DNA of 64,000 nucleotides from Eledone cirrhosa (taxonomy: Eukaryota), in NCBI GenBank assembly GCA_964016885.1, contig OZ024741.1, positions 331,762,001 to 331,826,000 on the forward strand, written 5' to 3'. Below the pieces are notes generated by a model. That model had not been told where the DNA came from. It did not search any database and worked only from the letters and a program-made list of their open reading frames with translations. The position numbers and the translations under genes were made by a program. Shown here piece by piece: positions 1-12,231 of this stretch (within the stretch, counting starts at the first letter, position 1; each line of letters begins with the position of its first letter).

Positions 1-299
1 TTAAATGTTTATTGTATCTTTACTGGTAGACAGCTTATTGTAAACATTTGCAGTATTAGAGTAAAGACTTCAATTTTTAATATGATTCAGCCATAGTGAG
101 TGAGTGCTCTAGTGTACGTTTTAAGAATGTCTTGCTAATATGGTTTGTTAATTCAAACATTTATAGTGTCTTTACTTTGCAGAATTATAGTAAATACTTC
201 AGTCTTTGATGTGATGCAGTCATAGTGCCTTTTTGTTACTTTCTGAGAATACTTTGCTAATGTGGTTTCGTGTGGTTCAGGACGTTAAGTATTAAATAG

Positions 300-548
300 A
301 AACTCTACCTGGTTTTCATTGGCCTTGCACTACAGCAGCTTCCTTCCACTGTGATTTCTTGACACTTCTTCACCCAGCTATCACCATCCACGCCAATGCT
401 GTTTTTTCTCTTGCACACTGCTTCTTATAACTCAGTTCATCCAAACTCTGCTGTTCTTTTACATTAATATTGCACATCCATCGAGGCATGCTTGCTTCAT
501 TTCTCTCCAACCTGTGCATAACCTCTGCAGTCACTGCCTATGTCTCAG
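300..548 (-). mobile_element. Decayed RTE-type LINE RT C-terminal fragment
   Basis: Minus strand resembles the ETWA..RLERNEASM..WMCN..VKKCQEI segment of the other RTE copies here; disrupted. Confidence 0.65.
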
Positions 549-702
549 CGATAAATTTTGATTGCGTTTTTATTTATTATTATTTTTGTTTGTTTACTAG
601 ATAGATATTCATATAATTATTTACAAGAGAGAAAAAAGAGAAAAAGAAAAAACGAAAGAGGAGAAAGAAAATTAAATTTAAAAAGTTTTCAGGAATATCT
701 TA

Positions 703-830
703 ATAATTGTTTCTACTTTTGGCACAAGGCCGGCAATTATCCCAGTGCATTACTGGTACTTTATTTTATCGACCAGTAAGGGTGAAAGGCAAAGTTAACC
801 TCAGCGGGATTTGAATTCAGAACATATGGA
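703..830 (-). mobile_element. Meta-domain tRNA-SINE (family A), partial
   Basis: Reverse complement of GTTCAAATCCCGCCGAGGTTAACTTTGCCTTTCATCC..GTCGATAAAATAAAGTACCAG..AGAAACAATTATT seen in more than 15 copies. Confidence 0.8.
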
Positions 831-930
831 ATGTCTTAATAATGTAGTTTCATGTGGTACAGGATTTTAAAAGTTAAATTAAATATATAATGAAGGCATG
901 AGTGAATTAAGATACAGTAGTGATTGTAAG

Positions 931-1143
931 TTTAGAAAATAGAATTAGAAGCTTTCACTGTAAATTTACTACAGAAAATATTCTAATATTAGTGCATATG
1001 AACCTCAATAATGGGAAAAAATGGGCATAAATATGCATGGGTTCCCATGCATAGTAATGCTCATTTTTTCTGTTATGGGGGGTTTATATACCCTAATATT
1101 AGAATATTTTCTGTAAGGTGAAAGCTTCTAATTCTATTTTAAA
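931..1143. repeat. Fold-back palindrome (~210 bp), probable hairpin MITE
   Basis: AAAATAGAATTAGAAGCTTTCAC...GTGAAAGCTTCTAATTCTATTTT arms; centre ATGCATGGG-TT-CCCATGCAT. Confidence 0.75.
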
Positions 1144-1524
1144 CATATACTAATTTCCTGTGAACAATAAATAAATCACCAAACATCCCTGCTATGTAGC
1201 ATATATCCAAAGCTGAGGAGAGGATCGTATAGGGTTATGACTTGACTCGTGATTTGATGTAGATCAGTGTGGACTGTGTAGTAGAAAATGCAGGCTTAGT
1301 AAAGTCACAGCAAAAAGTGTAAAAACCTAGGTTTGTTAGAGTGTCAAACTGTAGAAATTATTTTATTTGGAAGTGACTAGGGAGTATAACTGTAAGAAGC
1401 GGATGCACATTGTTGTTAAGTACCCAGACGTCAGTCCCACAGACATCTCATTAACTAGTGTATCATTTTGTTTAGGACCCTAAAAGTGTGATTTAAAGGG
1501 GATTACATTTTGTCTCGAAACTCC

Positions 1525-1720
1525 CTGGCTGGCTGAAAATGTCATCAGACAACAGTAATGAAGTTCATAGGCTGACCAAGATACTCTCATAGAATTACCA
1601 GATGAAGTTTATTTTTCAATTTAATCCCTGGATAGAAACAATGCAGTTATTAATAAGAAAAGTTGAAATTAATGAATGCAAAATTTCACTCAGCCTATGA
1701 ACTTTTCAGCCGTCCCTCGT
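1525..1720. mobile_element. Tc1/mariner-type MITE
   Basis: Same TIR family (CGAGGG..GGCTGAAAAGTTCATAGGCTGA) as the copies at 27531 and 28211. Confidence 0.7.
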
Positions 1721-2204
1721 CGTTCGGTATGGATCTGTACCAAATGGCGCTGTAGTTGCATACGGCATGTCTTGGCCATTGTAAAACCTGATGGAACCCA
1801 TCTCCTCTCTAGCTCTAAACACAACAAATTTCTCCTAGAAAAGGAGAAAGAGAGAAATGAAGTGAGAAAATGATATAGAATCGCCCCCCGCCTCAGTATT
1901 GGGCTGTTACTTCTGTTTTTACCAACCTCAAAAGGATGAAAGGTAAATTTGATATCGTTGAGATTTTGAACTCGGAGCGCAGAGAGTCGAATGCCGCAAA
2001 GCAGTTTATCAACGTTCTAACGAATCTACCAATTCGTATCTTTTACAAGTACGTTATAAACACATTTAGAAAAATATATGACAGCGAATAATGCAAGGGA
2101 GAAAACCAATGTGTTAATGGAGGAAAATATGTAAACTAGAATAGTAACAACCAATTAACATGCAAGGGAGACAACTAATCCAAGCTGGATAATTGAAACG
2201 CGTT

Positions 2205-2388
2205 ACGGTGAATTAGCAGTATCGGTAGAGGGTCGGATATGCTTTCCAGCATAGTTGCGTCCCTTTACGATCTGAGTTCAAATCCCGCCGAGGTTAACTT
2301 TGCCTTTCATCCTTACGAGGGTCGATAAAATAAAGTACCAGTAATACACCGGGATAATTGCTGGCCTGGTGTCAAAAGTAGAAACAGT
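2205..2388 (+). mobile_element. Meta-domain tRNA-SINE (family A)
   Basis: A-box-like TAGCAGTATCGG, B-box GAGTTCAAATCC, conserved GCCTTTCATCC..GGGTCGATAAA body. Confidence 0.85.
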
Positions 2389-2574
2389 TATTTAATTCTA
2401 TAAGCGGACTTATTTTTAAAGACACTAGCAGAAAACCACCCCTCGGATGGTTTTCTGCTAACATTTGTAGTGTGCATATTGATATTATACCCAATTGTAG
2501 ATATGATACGTCAAATAAAATCGAAATTGACAATATGCACAGGAATTGAAGAGACGCCGTTACACTCTTTTCTG

Positions 2575-2762
2575 TAATACCCAGGTGCTGGGAAAAGAGG
2601 GTACACATTGTAGAACTAGCCTAGTGCTAGATACCCAGGTATACACTGTAGAGCTAGCCTATGGCACTAAATACCTAGTTAAACATCGCAGAACTAGCCT
2701 ATGGTGCTAAATACCTAGGTACACATCGTAGAGCTAGCCTATGCCACTAAATACCCAGGTGC
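2575..2762. repeat. ~40-bp minisatellite, about 4 copies
   Basis: Repeated ACACAT(C/T)GTAGA(A/G)CTAGCCTA..CTAAATACCCAGG. Confidence 0.8.
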
Positions 2763-3036
2763 CAGCTTTGTCTATACCTGCATAACTTAAACCTTATTTC
2801 AAGTATGTGAATATTTAATAACATTTTGTAGTATCCTCTATAATTAGTGTACAAACTGCTGCTCTAATTAATATAATAATCAATATATTTACTTTCCTTT
2901 CTGGTTTAATTAATATATCATCTATTTATATTGATATATTGACAACTAAAATTAACATACTAATTAATGCAAGTTTATTTAAGAATCTGCCTAATTAATA
3001 TCCTGTTCAATGTTATTTGTGGTGTATGTAATTAAT

Positions 3037-3420
3037 CATTTTGATACCAACCAGCCCCCCCCCCCCCCCACACGCACACACCCATCCTCCCCCAACCACC
3101 ACTTCCATTCCTATGAAACAAAACTACATATTTTAAAGGATTTCTATTTAACCCATTTGATACCCAAATAGTCAAAACCACCCCTATTTCTATGAAACAA
3201 AAACCAACCATTTTAAAGGGTTCTTATTTAACCCTTTTGGCACCAACCAGGTCAAAACCACCCCTGGTTCTATGAAACAACACCAACTATTTTAAAGGAC
3301 TCTTATTGAACCCTTTAGATACCAGCTCAGCCCCTAAAACAAGCTCTGATTCTATAAAATAAAACCAGCTATTTTAATGGGTTCCTATTTAACCCTTTGA
3401 TACCAATCAAACCAAAAGCA
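3037..3420. repeat. Tandem ~80-bp repeats of a piggyBac-like MITE end
   Basis: Repeated TTAACCC(T/A)TTTGATACC..AAAACCACCCC..CTATGAAACAAAA..TTTTAAAGG units. Confidence 0.6.
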
Positions 3421-3599
3421 TGTTTGGGTTGTGGCAAAGTTCTTTAAGCTAACATATATTCAAAATTCAAAATTTTCTCAACTCTTCATAAATACAATGG
3501 AATATTTACATCCCCTGGCTGATAGATAAGGCTTAAAATGATGGGCAATAGGTTAGCTTCAATTTAGTGTAATGGTAGCACAACCATTTGGTATATGGC

Positions 3600-3790
3600 A
3601 GCCTAACCCCAACCCTTACTCTAAACCTAGCGATAACCCCAACCCTAACCCCAATCCTAACCCTAACCTCAATCCTAATCCCAACTTTAACCCTAACCTC
3701 AACCCTAACACCAAACATAACGCCAATCCTAACCCCAAATTTAACCCCAGTCCAAACCCTGACCCAACCCTAATCCTAACCCTCATCCTC
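3600..3790. repeat. Degenerate (CCTAAC)n telomere-like hexamer tract
   Basis: About 30 degenerate AACCCT units. Confidence 0.75.
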
Positions 3791-4393
3791 TGCCCAACTT
3801 GTTAATCTATTTTTCATAGTTAAAAAAACCTGCATTAAAGCAGCTTACATTAAGCCAACATATATTGAAAATACAAAGTATTTCATTAGAAACACAGCAA
3901 TAAAAGAGTCAATATATGTAGTTTAATCTATCTGATGTGTTAACTAGAGCAATTTCTGAATGAATGAGGAATGGAGCACTCATTACATAATATAGAGTAT
4001 ATGTTTGGCTTAAACTGAACTTTCTTTATTCCAGTTTGGGTTTTACTTCATTGCAATCTACAGATGGGAAGTCTGAAGATTGTAGTGACATGAAACCTGA
4101 ATAGTGAAACAGAAAATTCAGTTTAAATATATATATATATAACATTTTTTTTCTTGTAATGCTTGGGATACGTGCATCAGTTGAATTCTAGGCCTGTGAT
4201 TGGTCATTCTATATGTTTGTTTGTGTCTGCCACAGTTTGGTATGATTTTTGTTGTGTTAACACTGGTCTGAGGATCAGGCAGACTTAAAGCTTGGTCTGG
4301 GGTGCCAACCCAGATCATGAACCAGCTACTTGAGAAACATTTTTAACCAGGATTGAGGAATAAATCTCCTATGTAACACTTCCACTTTGTTCT

Positions 4394-4622
<229 letters not shown>

Positions 4623-4626
4623 ATAA

Positions 4627-4817
4627 GGGCGGTGGATTGGCAGTATCGTTAGGGGGTCGGACGCCATGCTTTGACATATAGAGTTACGGTCCTTGCCATT
4701 CTGAGTTCAAATCCCGCCGAGGTTAACTTTGCCTTTCATCCTTACGGGGTCGATAAAATAAAGTGCCAGTAATGCACTGGGTAATTGCTGGCATTGTGCC
4801 AAACGTAGAAACAATTA
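4627..4817 (+). mobile_element. Meta-domain tRNA-SINE (family A), full length
   Basis: GGCGGTGGATTGGCAGTATCG head, B box, Meta body, AATTAT tail. Confidence 0.88.
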
Positions 4818-4924
4818 TATATATATATATAAATATTGGATCGTCAAGTATGAAATTTGTAAAAATTTGAAGAGTAAAAAGAAATTTCTACAAATTTCAT
4901 ACTTGACAGCCCAATATATATATA

Positions 4925-5938
4925 TCATCATCATCATCATCATCATCGTTTAACGTTCATCTTCCACGCTTGCATGGGTTTGGACGGGAATTTTCCCACT
5001 TGAGGCAAAATTGTTGTCTTGCTCGTATAGGACTGTCTGGTGGGTTTTCTACGGCTGGATGCCCTTCCTAACACCAACCACGTTTACAGTGTGGACTGGG
5101 AGGTTTTTACAGTGTTACCTACACGGCCACATTACAGCGTGGACTGTGTGTTTTTTTTGTCGTGACACCTACACGACCTCATTTATTTCGGCCTCGATGT
5201 TGTGGTACCAACATAACTTTACATTAAAAGGGGTGGTGTGGATGGGGTGAGGGTAGTGGGATGGGGTGTATTTTTGTTAGAGGTGCCTACTGACTGTAGG
5301 TTTCGCTTTGTACTTAGGCAAGGTGGGTCTTCTGTATTAATGTGTAGCGCCAAAGATCTCAGTCCAGTGACATTGTCTTGGAGAGGTGTAAGTGTGTGAG
5401 GTCGGAATTTATCAAGTCGTCCCAGGTTTTTCTGGGTCTGCCTACTCCGTGGCTACCGTCTATTTTTATCACCCTGCACTTTTTTATACAGCTGTCGTCT
5501 TTCATGCGCATCATGTGACCATACCAACGTAGTCTTCTCTCGAGTAAACAACATCTGATCCCGCTTATTCCTAATTTCTTCCTTAGTTCGTTTATGCTTT
5601 GCCGTTCACGTATATTACTATTACACATCCAGCAGAGCATGCAATCTTCGTTCCTCTCCAGTCTGCGTATATCTTCTGCACACAATACCCAAGTCTCACT
5701 GCCATGTAACATTGCTGTTCGTATGCAGGCATCATACAGCCTGCCTTTCATTTTTAGAGAGAACCCTTTAGCGGCTAATAGTGGTATAAGCTCTCTGAAC
5801 TTTTTCCATCCCGTTCTGACTCTAGCTACTGTACTTTCAGAGCACCCTCCCCCACAGCTGATTTTGTCACCCAGGTAACGGAAGGTGTCCACTATTTCTA
5901 TAGAACCATCTGTGCAATAGAATGAGCTAGTATTCTGT
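4925..5938 (-). mobile_element. RTE-type LINE, 5'-truncated
   Basis: ORF 5359-5892 (FRYLG..LHGSETW..RRLRWYGH..GRPRKTW), 3' UTR and (ATG)n tail. Confidence 0.92.
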
Positions 5939-5943
5939 GATAT

Positions 5944-6517
5944 ATCATCATCATCATCATCATCATCAACGTTTAACGTCCGTGTTCCACGCTTGCATGG
6001 GTTTGGACGGGGGTAGTTCCACTTGAGGCAAGAGTGATTGTCTTGCTCGCATAGGACTGTCTGGCAGGTTTTCTACAGTTGGATGCCCTTCCTAACACCA
6101 ACCACATTTACAGTGTGGGTCTGGGAGGTTTTTACCGTGTTGCCTACACGGCCACATTACAGCGTGGACTGTGTGTTTTTTTGTCGTGACACCTACACGA
6201 TCTCATTTGTTTCGGCCTCGATGGCGCGGCACCAACATAACTTTACATAGAACGGGGTGGTGTGGATGGGGTGGGGGTGGTGGTGGTGGGACGGGGTGTA
6301 TTTTGTTAGAGATGCCTACTGGCTGGAGTAGGTTTTACTATATATTTAGGTAAGGCGGGTCTTCTCTGTTACTGAGTACCGCCAAAGGTCTCGGTCCAGT
6401 GACATTGTCTTGGAGAGGTGTAAGTGTGTGATGTCGGAGTTTATCAGCTCGTCCCAGGTTTTTCTAGGTCTGCCTATTCCGTGACTACCGTCTATCTTTA
6501 TTGCCCTGCACTTTGTT

Positions 6518-6521
<4 letters not shown>
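5944..6521 (-). mobile_element. RTE-type LINE 3' end, tandem to the previous copy
   Basis: Near-identical to the reverse complement of 24175-24750; (ATG)n tail. Confidence 0.92.
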
Positions 6522-6546
<25 letters not shown>

Positions 6547-6548
<2 letters not shown>

Positions 6549-6741
6549 GTTTTAATATAGATGAGATTCTACAGGACTAGAACTGTTTCATTCATAAGAA
6601 ATCATCAGGAATCTCTGATGATTTCTTATGAATGAAACAGTTCTAGTCCTGTAGAATCTCATCTATATTAAAACTGTTATACTCTGCTATGTATTGAGTA
6701 CCTTACTTACTGTGGTTACCTCCGATTCAACCCGGAATAAC

Positions 6742-6742
<1 letters not shown>
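6547..6742 (+). mobile_element. Penelope-like pLTR remnant, hammerhead family 1 (inverted arms)
   Basis: Near-perfect ~60-bp arms plus a unique 3' extension, flanked by (TA)n; second copy at 50029-50212. Confidence 0.8.
6563..6615 (-). ncRNA. Type I hammerhead ribozyme (minimal)
   Basis: GAGATTC-CTGATGA-TTTCTTATGAAT-GAAA-CAG(TTCTAGTC)CTG-TA/GAATCTC; 7-bp stem I, GUA site. Confidence 0.8.
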
Positions 6743-6793
<51 letters not shown>

Positions 6794-6826
6794 ATGTGTG
6801 TGTATATATATATACACATGCACGCA

Positions 6827-6869
<43 letters not shown>

Positions 6870-7194
6870 TCTGAATCTGTTTAGCAAGATTCTTTATCTG
6901 AAAACGTGTGTTGAAACCGATTTTGTTATACTTTGGGAGGGTCATGTTGCCAATAAGAAACGCACGCACCAGTTGCTTTCACTTCAATTTATTATAATAA
7001 ATTTATAAATTTAGGAATTTATAAATTTCCGGTTGGCTGGTTGGTTCCACAACCAGATGGTTGTTTATATATTGTCAAAGTTCTTTCGTCACACATTCTG
7101 TGACCTCTTCAGTGACTGGGGATTCTTTTCTTTGTTTTTTTTTGTGCCTCTCATTTGTTCTGTCCTACGCCATCTTGTTTTTTTCACAAAAAAA

Positions 7195-7503
7195 GGCATT
7201 GGCCTTGCAATCGAAAGGTTGTGAGTTCAATTCTCAGACCGGGTGATGTGTTGTTTCCTTGAGCAAGACACTTTATTTCACATTGCTCCAGTTTACTCAG
7301 CTGTAGAAATGAGATGATAGGGACTGGGGTCCATATCATTCCACTGCAAAGTGGTCGTGTAGGTGCCACGGCTAAAAAGCACCCAGCACTCACTGTAAAT
7401 GAGGTTGGTGTTAGGAAGGGCATCCAGCTGTAGAAATCAAGCCAGAATCAGTTCCCGTCCCACCCTTGCAAGCAGGGAAAAAGTGGACGTAAAATGAAAT
7501 GAT
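7195..7503 (+). mobile_element. CORE-SINE (family B) with RTE-derived tail, 5'-clipped
   Basis: B box GAGTTCAATTC, CORE-like CCTTGAGCAAGACACTTTATTTCAC..CTCAGCTGTAGAAATGAG; tail shared with the RTE 3' UTR. Confidence 0.85.
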
Positions 7504-8502
7504 ATATATATATATATATATGCATGTAAACGTATGTGTGCATATATGTGTTTGTGTGTATGTGTGTACATTAGTGGTGGTAATATAAAAAAATGAACCC
7601 AGTCCAGAAATAATTTACCAAAAACATGACCAATACAACATATAATATTAAAGTTGATGGTGAGGAAAAGGTTTTCTTTTGTTGTCAAAGACTTTGTTTC
7701 ATTTTTTAAATTAAATTTTACTTATATTTTTTTATAAATACTTTACAGCTCATTTGAAAAAACTAAGTTCTAAGTTCTTAAATACATAATTTAACCAATG
7801 TTTCTAGACTTTCACAGTCCCATCATCAGGAGTGCTGTTTGATTATTTTTACTGCCTAGTGTAATGTAGGCAGTTGTACTTTAAGGAAATTTTATGCAAT
7901 TCTTTCTTTCTTTGCCAGTTTTGTAATAATGGGTTTTTAGCTTTCTTACTGGAATTTGAATCTTTAAGCTTGACCAATAGACTTATATATATATATATAT
8001 ACATAATCATCATCGTTTAATATCCATTTTCCATGCTTGCATGGTGGTGTTTTATATATATATATATATGCATGTGTGTGGTGATGTGGTGTGTGCAGTG
8101 GGGATATAATTATATGGTGCATTGAACATTGAGTGGTATACATTTACACAAAGAAGGTAAAACATATCCATTCAATAATAGAGACCAGTAAAATAAGTGT
8201 CAGATTGAAATAAATACTGGACTAGATATAATTAGCTGAAACTCTTGAAGGTTTGATGAATAGAATCGCCGTCTTTGCTGTCATTACTGTCGCTGTCGTC
8301 ATCATCATCATCTTTTAACATCTGCTTAGGCCATGATGTATATGTATCTGGTTTAGAATAGGTCCACCATATCCCTGCATCTCTCTCACTCTCTATCTTT
8401 CTTTGGACCTGGAAAGGAGATGGGCTCCACCAACACTATATGCCACTAAGGCACCATTGGGACTTACGGGACCATACCAGACCCTATATATATATATATA
8501 TA

Positions 8503-8884
8503 TCATCATCATCATCATCATCAACGTTTAACGTCCGTGTTCCACGCTTGCATGGGTTTGGACGGGGGTTTTCCCACTTGAGGCAAGAGTGATTGTCTTG
8601 CTCGTATAGGACTGTCTGGCAGGTTTTCTACAGTTGGATGCCCTTCCTAACACCAACCACATTTACAGTGTGGGTCTGGGAGGTTTTTACCGTGTTGCCT
8701 ACACGGCCACATTACAGCGTGGACTGTGTGTTTTTTTGTCGTGACACCTACACGATCTCATTTGTTTCGGCCTGGATGGTGTGGCACCAACATAACTTTA
8801 CATAGAAGGGGGCGGTGTGGATGGGGTGGGGGTGTATTTTGTTAGAGATGCCTACTGACTGTAGTAGGTTTTACTTTGTATTTA
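8503..8884 (-). mobile_element. RTE-type LINE 3' UTR fragment
   Basis: Near-identical to 29716-30115. Confidence 0.9.
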
Positions 8885-8902
8885 ATATATATATATATAT
8901 GA

Positions 8903-9252
8903 AATAATTAAGTCAAATATGTAAAATTTGGCTTCATTTATTATGAATTATAGATATACTGTTATATATATTTCGGTGATAGCCATCATTGGCTGTGACC
9001 TCTTCAGGCAGTCCGAATTGGTGTGGGAAAGACAGGTACACATGTTGTTGAAGTGTGTTTTACTCCGTCAATACATTGATATGTCCAGCTCCTGGTTGTG
9101 TTGTTATTCTTCTTCGGAACTTTATAATAAACGAAGCCAAATTTTACATATTTGACTTAATTATTTTACATTACTCCAGAGTAAACAAACCAACCTGCGT
9201 ATTTCGTTGAGTGCTGCAATCTGCATACTGAGGTGTCGGTAAACAACCAACA
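8903..9252. mobile_element. Penelope-like pLTR remnant, hammerhead family 3
   Basis: ~43-bp inverted arms (8903-8945, 9124-9166), (TA)n flanks, hammerhead on the minus arm. Confidence 0.72.
8958..9012 (-). ncRNA. Type I hammerhead ribozyme
   Basis: ACTGC-CTGAAGA-GGTCACAGCCAATGATGGCTATCACC-GAAA-TATATA-TA/ACAGT; palindromic stem III, one stem I mismatch. Confidence 0.75.
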
Positions 9253-9830
9253 TATACTCAATATATATATATATATATATATACTCAATATATATATATA
9301 TATATATATACTCAATATATATATATATATATATATTCAAGGTCAATAAGAAAGTGCCAGTCTAGTACTAGAGTTGATTCTTCCTCTATATAACTTTCTT
9401 ATATCCTCTCTCACCTTCTATCCTTCTCTGGAAGAAATCTTCTGTATTTAAACCTGGAGAGGAGATGGGCACCCCAAGAAATGCTGTATGCTACTATAGT
9501 GTCCCCTACGATTCCACCATGAGTTACGGGACCATACCATATTGATAGAGTTTGGGCTGTCCCTGTGGTAGTGTCCCCAGCCACCAAAAAAGAAAAAAAA
9601 GAAAAAAATGTCTTCTATAACAGACACCTCACCTTAATTCCATCATTCAGAATATAAAAAAAAACTCTATACTTTTATGTGAACGTTAACTAATTTATCA
9701 AATAGATTTAGGCACAAAGCCAACAATTTTTTAGAGGGAGGGGAAACTCAATTAAATTGATCCCAGTGCATTACTGGTACTTTAATTTGATCAAATAATA
9801 CAGATAAAAATACTGATAATGTAAAATAAC

Positions 9831-10602
9831 TTTAACTCCTTTGATACTAAACCATCTGAAACCACCCCTGGTTCTACAATACAAAAGTGTTTTAAAGTGT
9901 TTATATTTATCTTAAACCCCCTCAACATAATTTTATGTAAGAACCTTTGTTAAGTTATGTTCCAAACACCAGTTTAATAATAAGAAAGTTGCAAAACTGT
10001 TTATTTTAAAGGGTTTCTATTCTTCTAAAAACCTCTCAACATTATTTTATGTAAGAATTATTTTCAAAATCAATAGAACATTATATGCAGTATTTTCATT
10101 AGAAATATGGTTATGAAAAGGCTAAAACATTCCATCATAATTTTATGTAAGAACCTTTGTTAAGTGCTGTTCCAAACACCAGTCTAATAATAAGAAAGTT
10201 AGTTATATCGTCAAATCGGACCGAGGGAACAATGTTTCCGTTGGTCTTTCCAATTGCTAATACTATCTATCGGTCGCAACTCCAGGTAGAAGGAGCAACG
10301 TGAAATAAAGTGTCTTGCTCAAGGACATAACGCATCGCCTGGTCCAGGAATTCTATAATTCTGTCTGGTTGTTCTAAATAATATTGTGTATTTTAAAATC
10401 CCAGTATATCGCTTATTACTGTTATATGCTTTATTTAAAACCTTCTCCTCGCTTAATTTTAATTTTGGCCGAAATTTTCCGGGATTCATAAAAATGGCCT
10501 CCCTCGTTACTAAATACCTCCAAATGCTTGATAATTCTCAAAATCAATTGAAAATCATAGGCATTGCAATTCATTAAAAATATGGTAAAGTAAAGGGTTA
10601 AG
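9831..10602. mobile_element. piggyBac-like MITE with internal duplications and a nested SINE fragment
   Basis: TTAA-CTCCTTTGATAC start and AAAGGG-TTAA end; SINE piece at 10210-10350. Confidence 0.5.
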
Positions 10603-10633
10603 CAAATTTATTAAACAATACAACTGTAAATAA

Positions 10634-11304
10634 TAATTGTTTCTACGTTTGGCACGAAGCCAGCAATTACCCCAGTACATTACTGGTGCTTTATTTTATC
10701 AACCCCGTAAGGATGAAAGGCAAAGCTAAGCTTGGCAGGATTTGAATTCAGAACTTAAAGGGTCATAACTCTATGCTGCAAAGCAAGGTGTCTGACGCTC
10801 TACCGATACTGCCAATCCACAACTGTAAATAATTGTTTCTACTTTTGGCACCAGGCCAGTAATTATCCCAGTGCATTACTGATACTTTATTTTATCGACC
10901 CCGTAAGGATGAAAGAATTGTAAATAATGGTTTCTTGTATAGGCACAAGGAGTAATTTTGGGGGAGGGGAAAGTCGATTAAATTGACCCCAGTGCATGAC
11001 TGGTACTTTATTTTACTGGCCCCATGAGGATGAAAGGCAAAGTTAACCTTGGCAGGATTTGAACTCAGATCATAAAGGGCTGTAACTCTATGCTGCACAA
11101 CTGTAAATAATAATAATTGTTTCTACTTTTGGCACAAGGCCAGCAATTATCAAGTGCATTACTGGTACTTTATTTTATTGACCCCGTAAGGATGAAAGGC
11201 AAAGTTAACCTCGGCGGGATTTGAACTCAGAATGGCAAGGACCGTAACTCTATGCATCAAAGCATGGTGTCCAACCCTTTACTGATGCTGCCAATCCACT
11301 GCCC
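10634..11304 (-). mobile_element. Stack of four family A SINEs
   Basis: Copies at about 10634-10820, 10828-10913, 10925-11097 and 11114-11304, separated by (C/T)TGTAAATAAT. Confidence 0.85.
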
Positions 11305-11421
11305 TGTAAATAATAATAATGTAAAACAATGCTTAGGCCTTTTGATATCAACCTATCCAAAACAGGCCCTGGTTTCTGGTTTAATGAGACAAAACCACCC
11401 ATTTTAAAGGGTTCTTATTTA

Positions 11422-11637
11422 TTGGGTCATACCATAAATAATGTGGCTTTTTCAATTGCATGCAATAAAAGTTATTGTGAGTGGGGATAAACACCTACAT
11501 CAATTTGCTATAATTGCAAGTATTGAATTCACCTTGTCCTCATTCTTAGTGTAAGCTTTGAAAAGTGCTGTTTATCTTAATTTTTTTAAATAATGCAAGT
11601 ATTAAAAAAAAACCACATTATTTATGGGATGTCCTAA
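11422..11637. mobile_element. Tc1/mariner-type MITE
   Basis: TIRs TTGGGTCATACCATAAATAATGTGG / CCACATTATTTATGGGATGTCCTAA with TA flanks. Confidence 0.7.
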
Positions 11638-11646
11638 TAAATAAAG

Positions 11647-11860
11647 TGAAGGCATGTGGTTTACTGGTTAGAGTTAGATTAGGAAACATGAGGTTGTGAG
11701 TTTGATTACTGAGTCAGACGATGCATTGTGTCCTTGCGCAAGACACTCTATTTCACGTTGTTCCTTCTGCAAGGAGTTGTGACTGATTGATACTAGCAAT
11801 TGGAAAGACCAATGGAAACATTGTTTCCTTGATCTGATCTGACAAGTTCCACCTGAGTTA
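11647..11860 (+). mobile_element. Old CORE-type SINE
   Basis: tRNA-like head and CCTTGCGCAAGACACT core; different tail from family B. Confidence 0.65.
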
Positions 11861-12231
11861 GTAAGCAAATGAGATCTGTGATCCTGTCGATTCGGATCAA
11901 ATAACTTAAATAAAAATCTTTCAACAATATTTCATATAAGAGCCATCTTTTTATATAATCTTAGTAAATGCCTTGAAATTCTTCATAAATTAATTGAAAT
12001 AAAGAGTATTTCATTAGAGATATGACTCCAAAAGGATTAAATAAAATTATTGTTGTATAGTATGTGTAACATATATTTTGCGAAGAAATAAATTGTGAAA
12101 AAAAATATTCTTTAATCTCTCCTCAAGCAATTTTCGCCATATTTTCCTCTCCTTCCCCAACTACCAATTTAACATATCCCCTTTCAACTCGGCTGAAATA
12201 AAATAGCATCTTCTGTTTTTCCATATATGAG

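Noticed and set aside
3600-3790. True telomere or NP-repeat protein
   Set aside because: Short, degenerate and internal; the ORFs are repeat translations.
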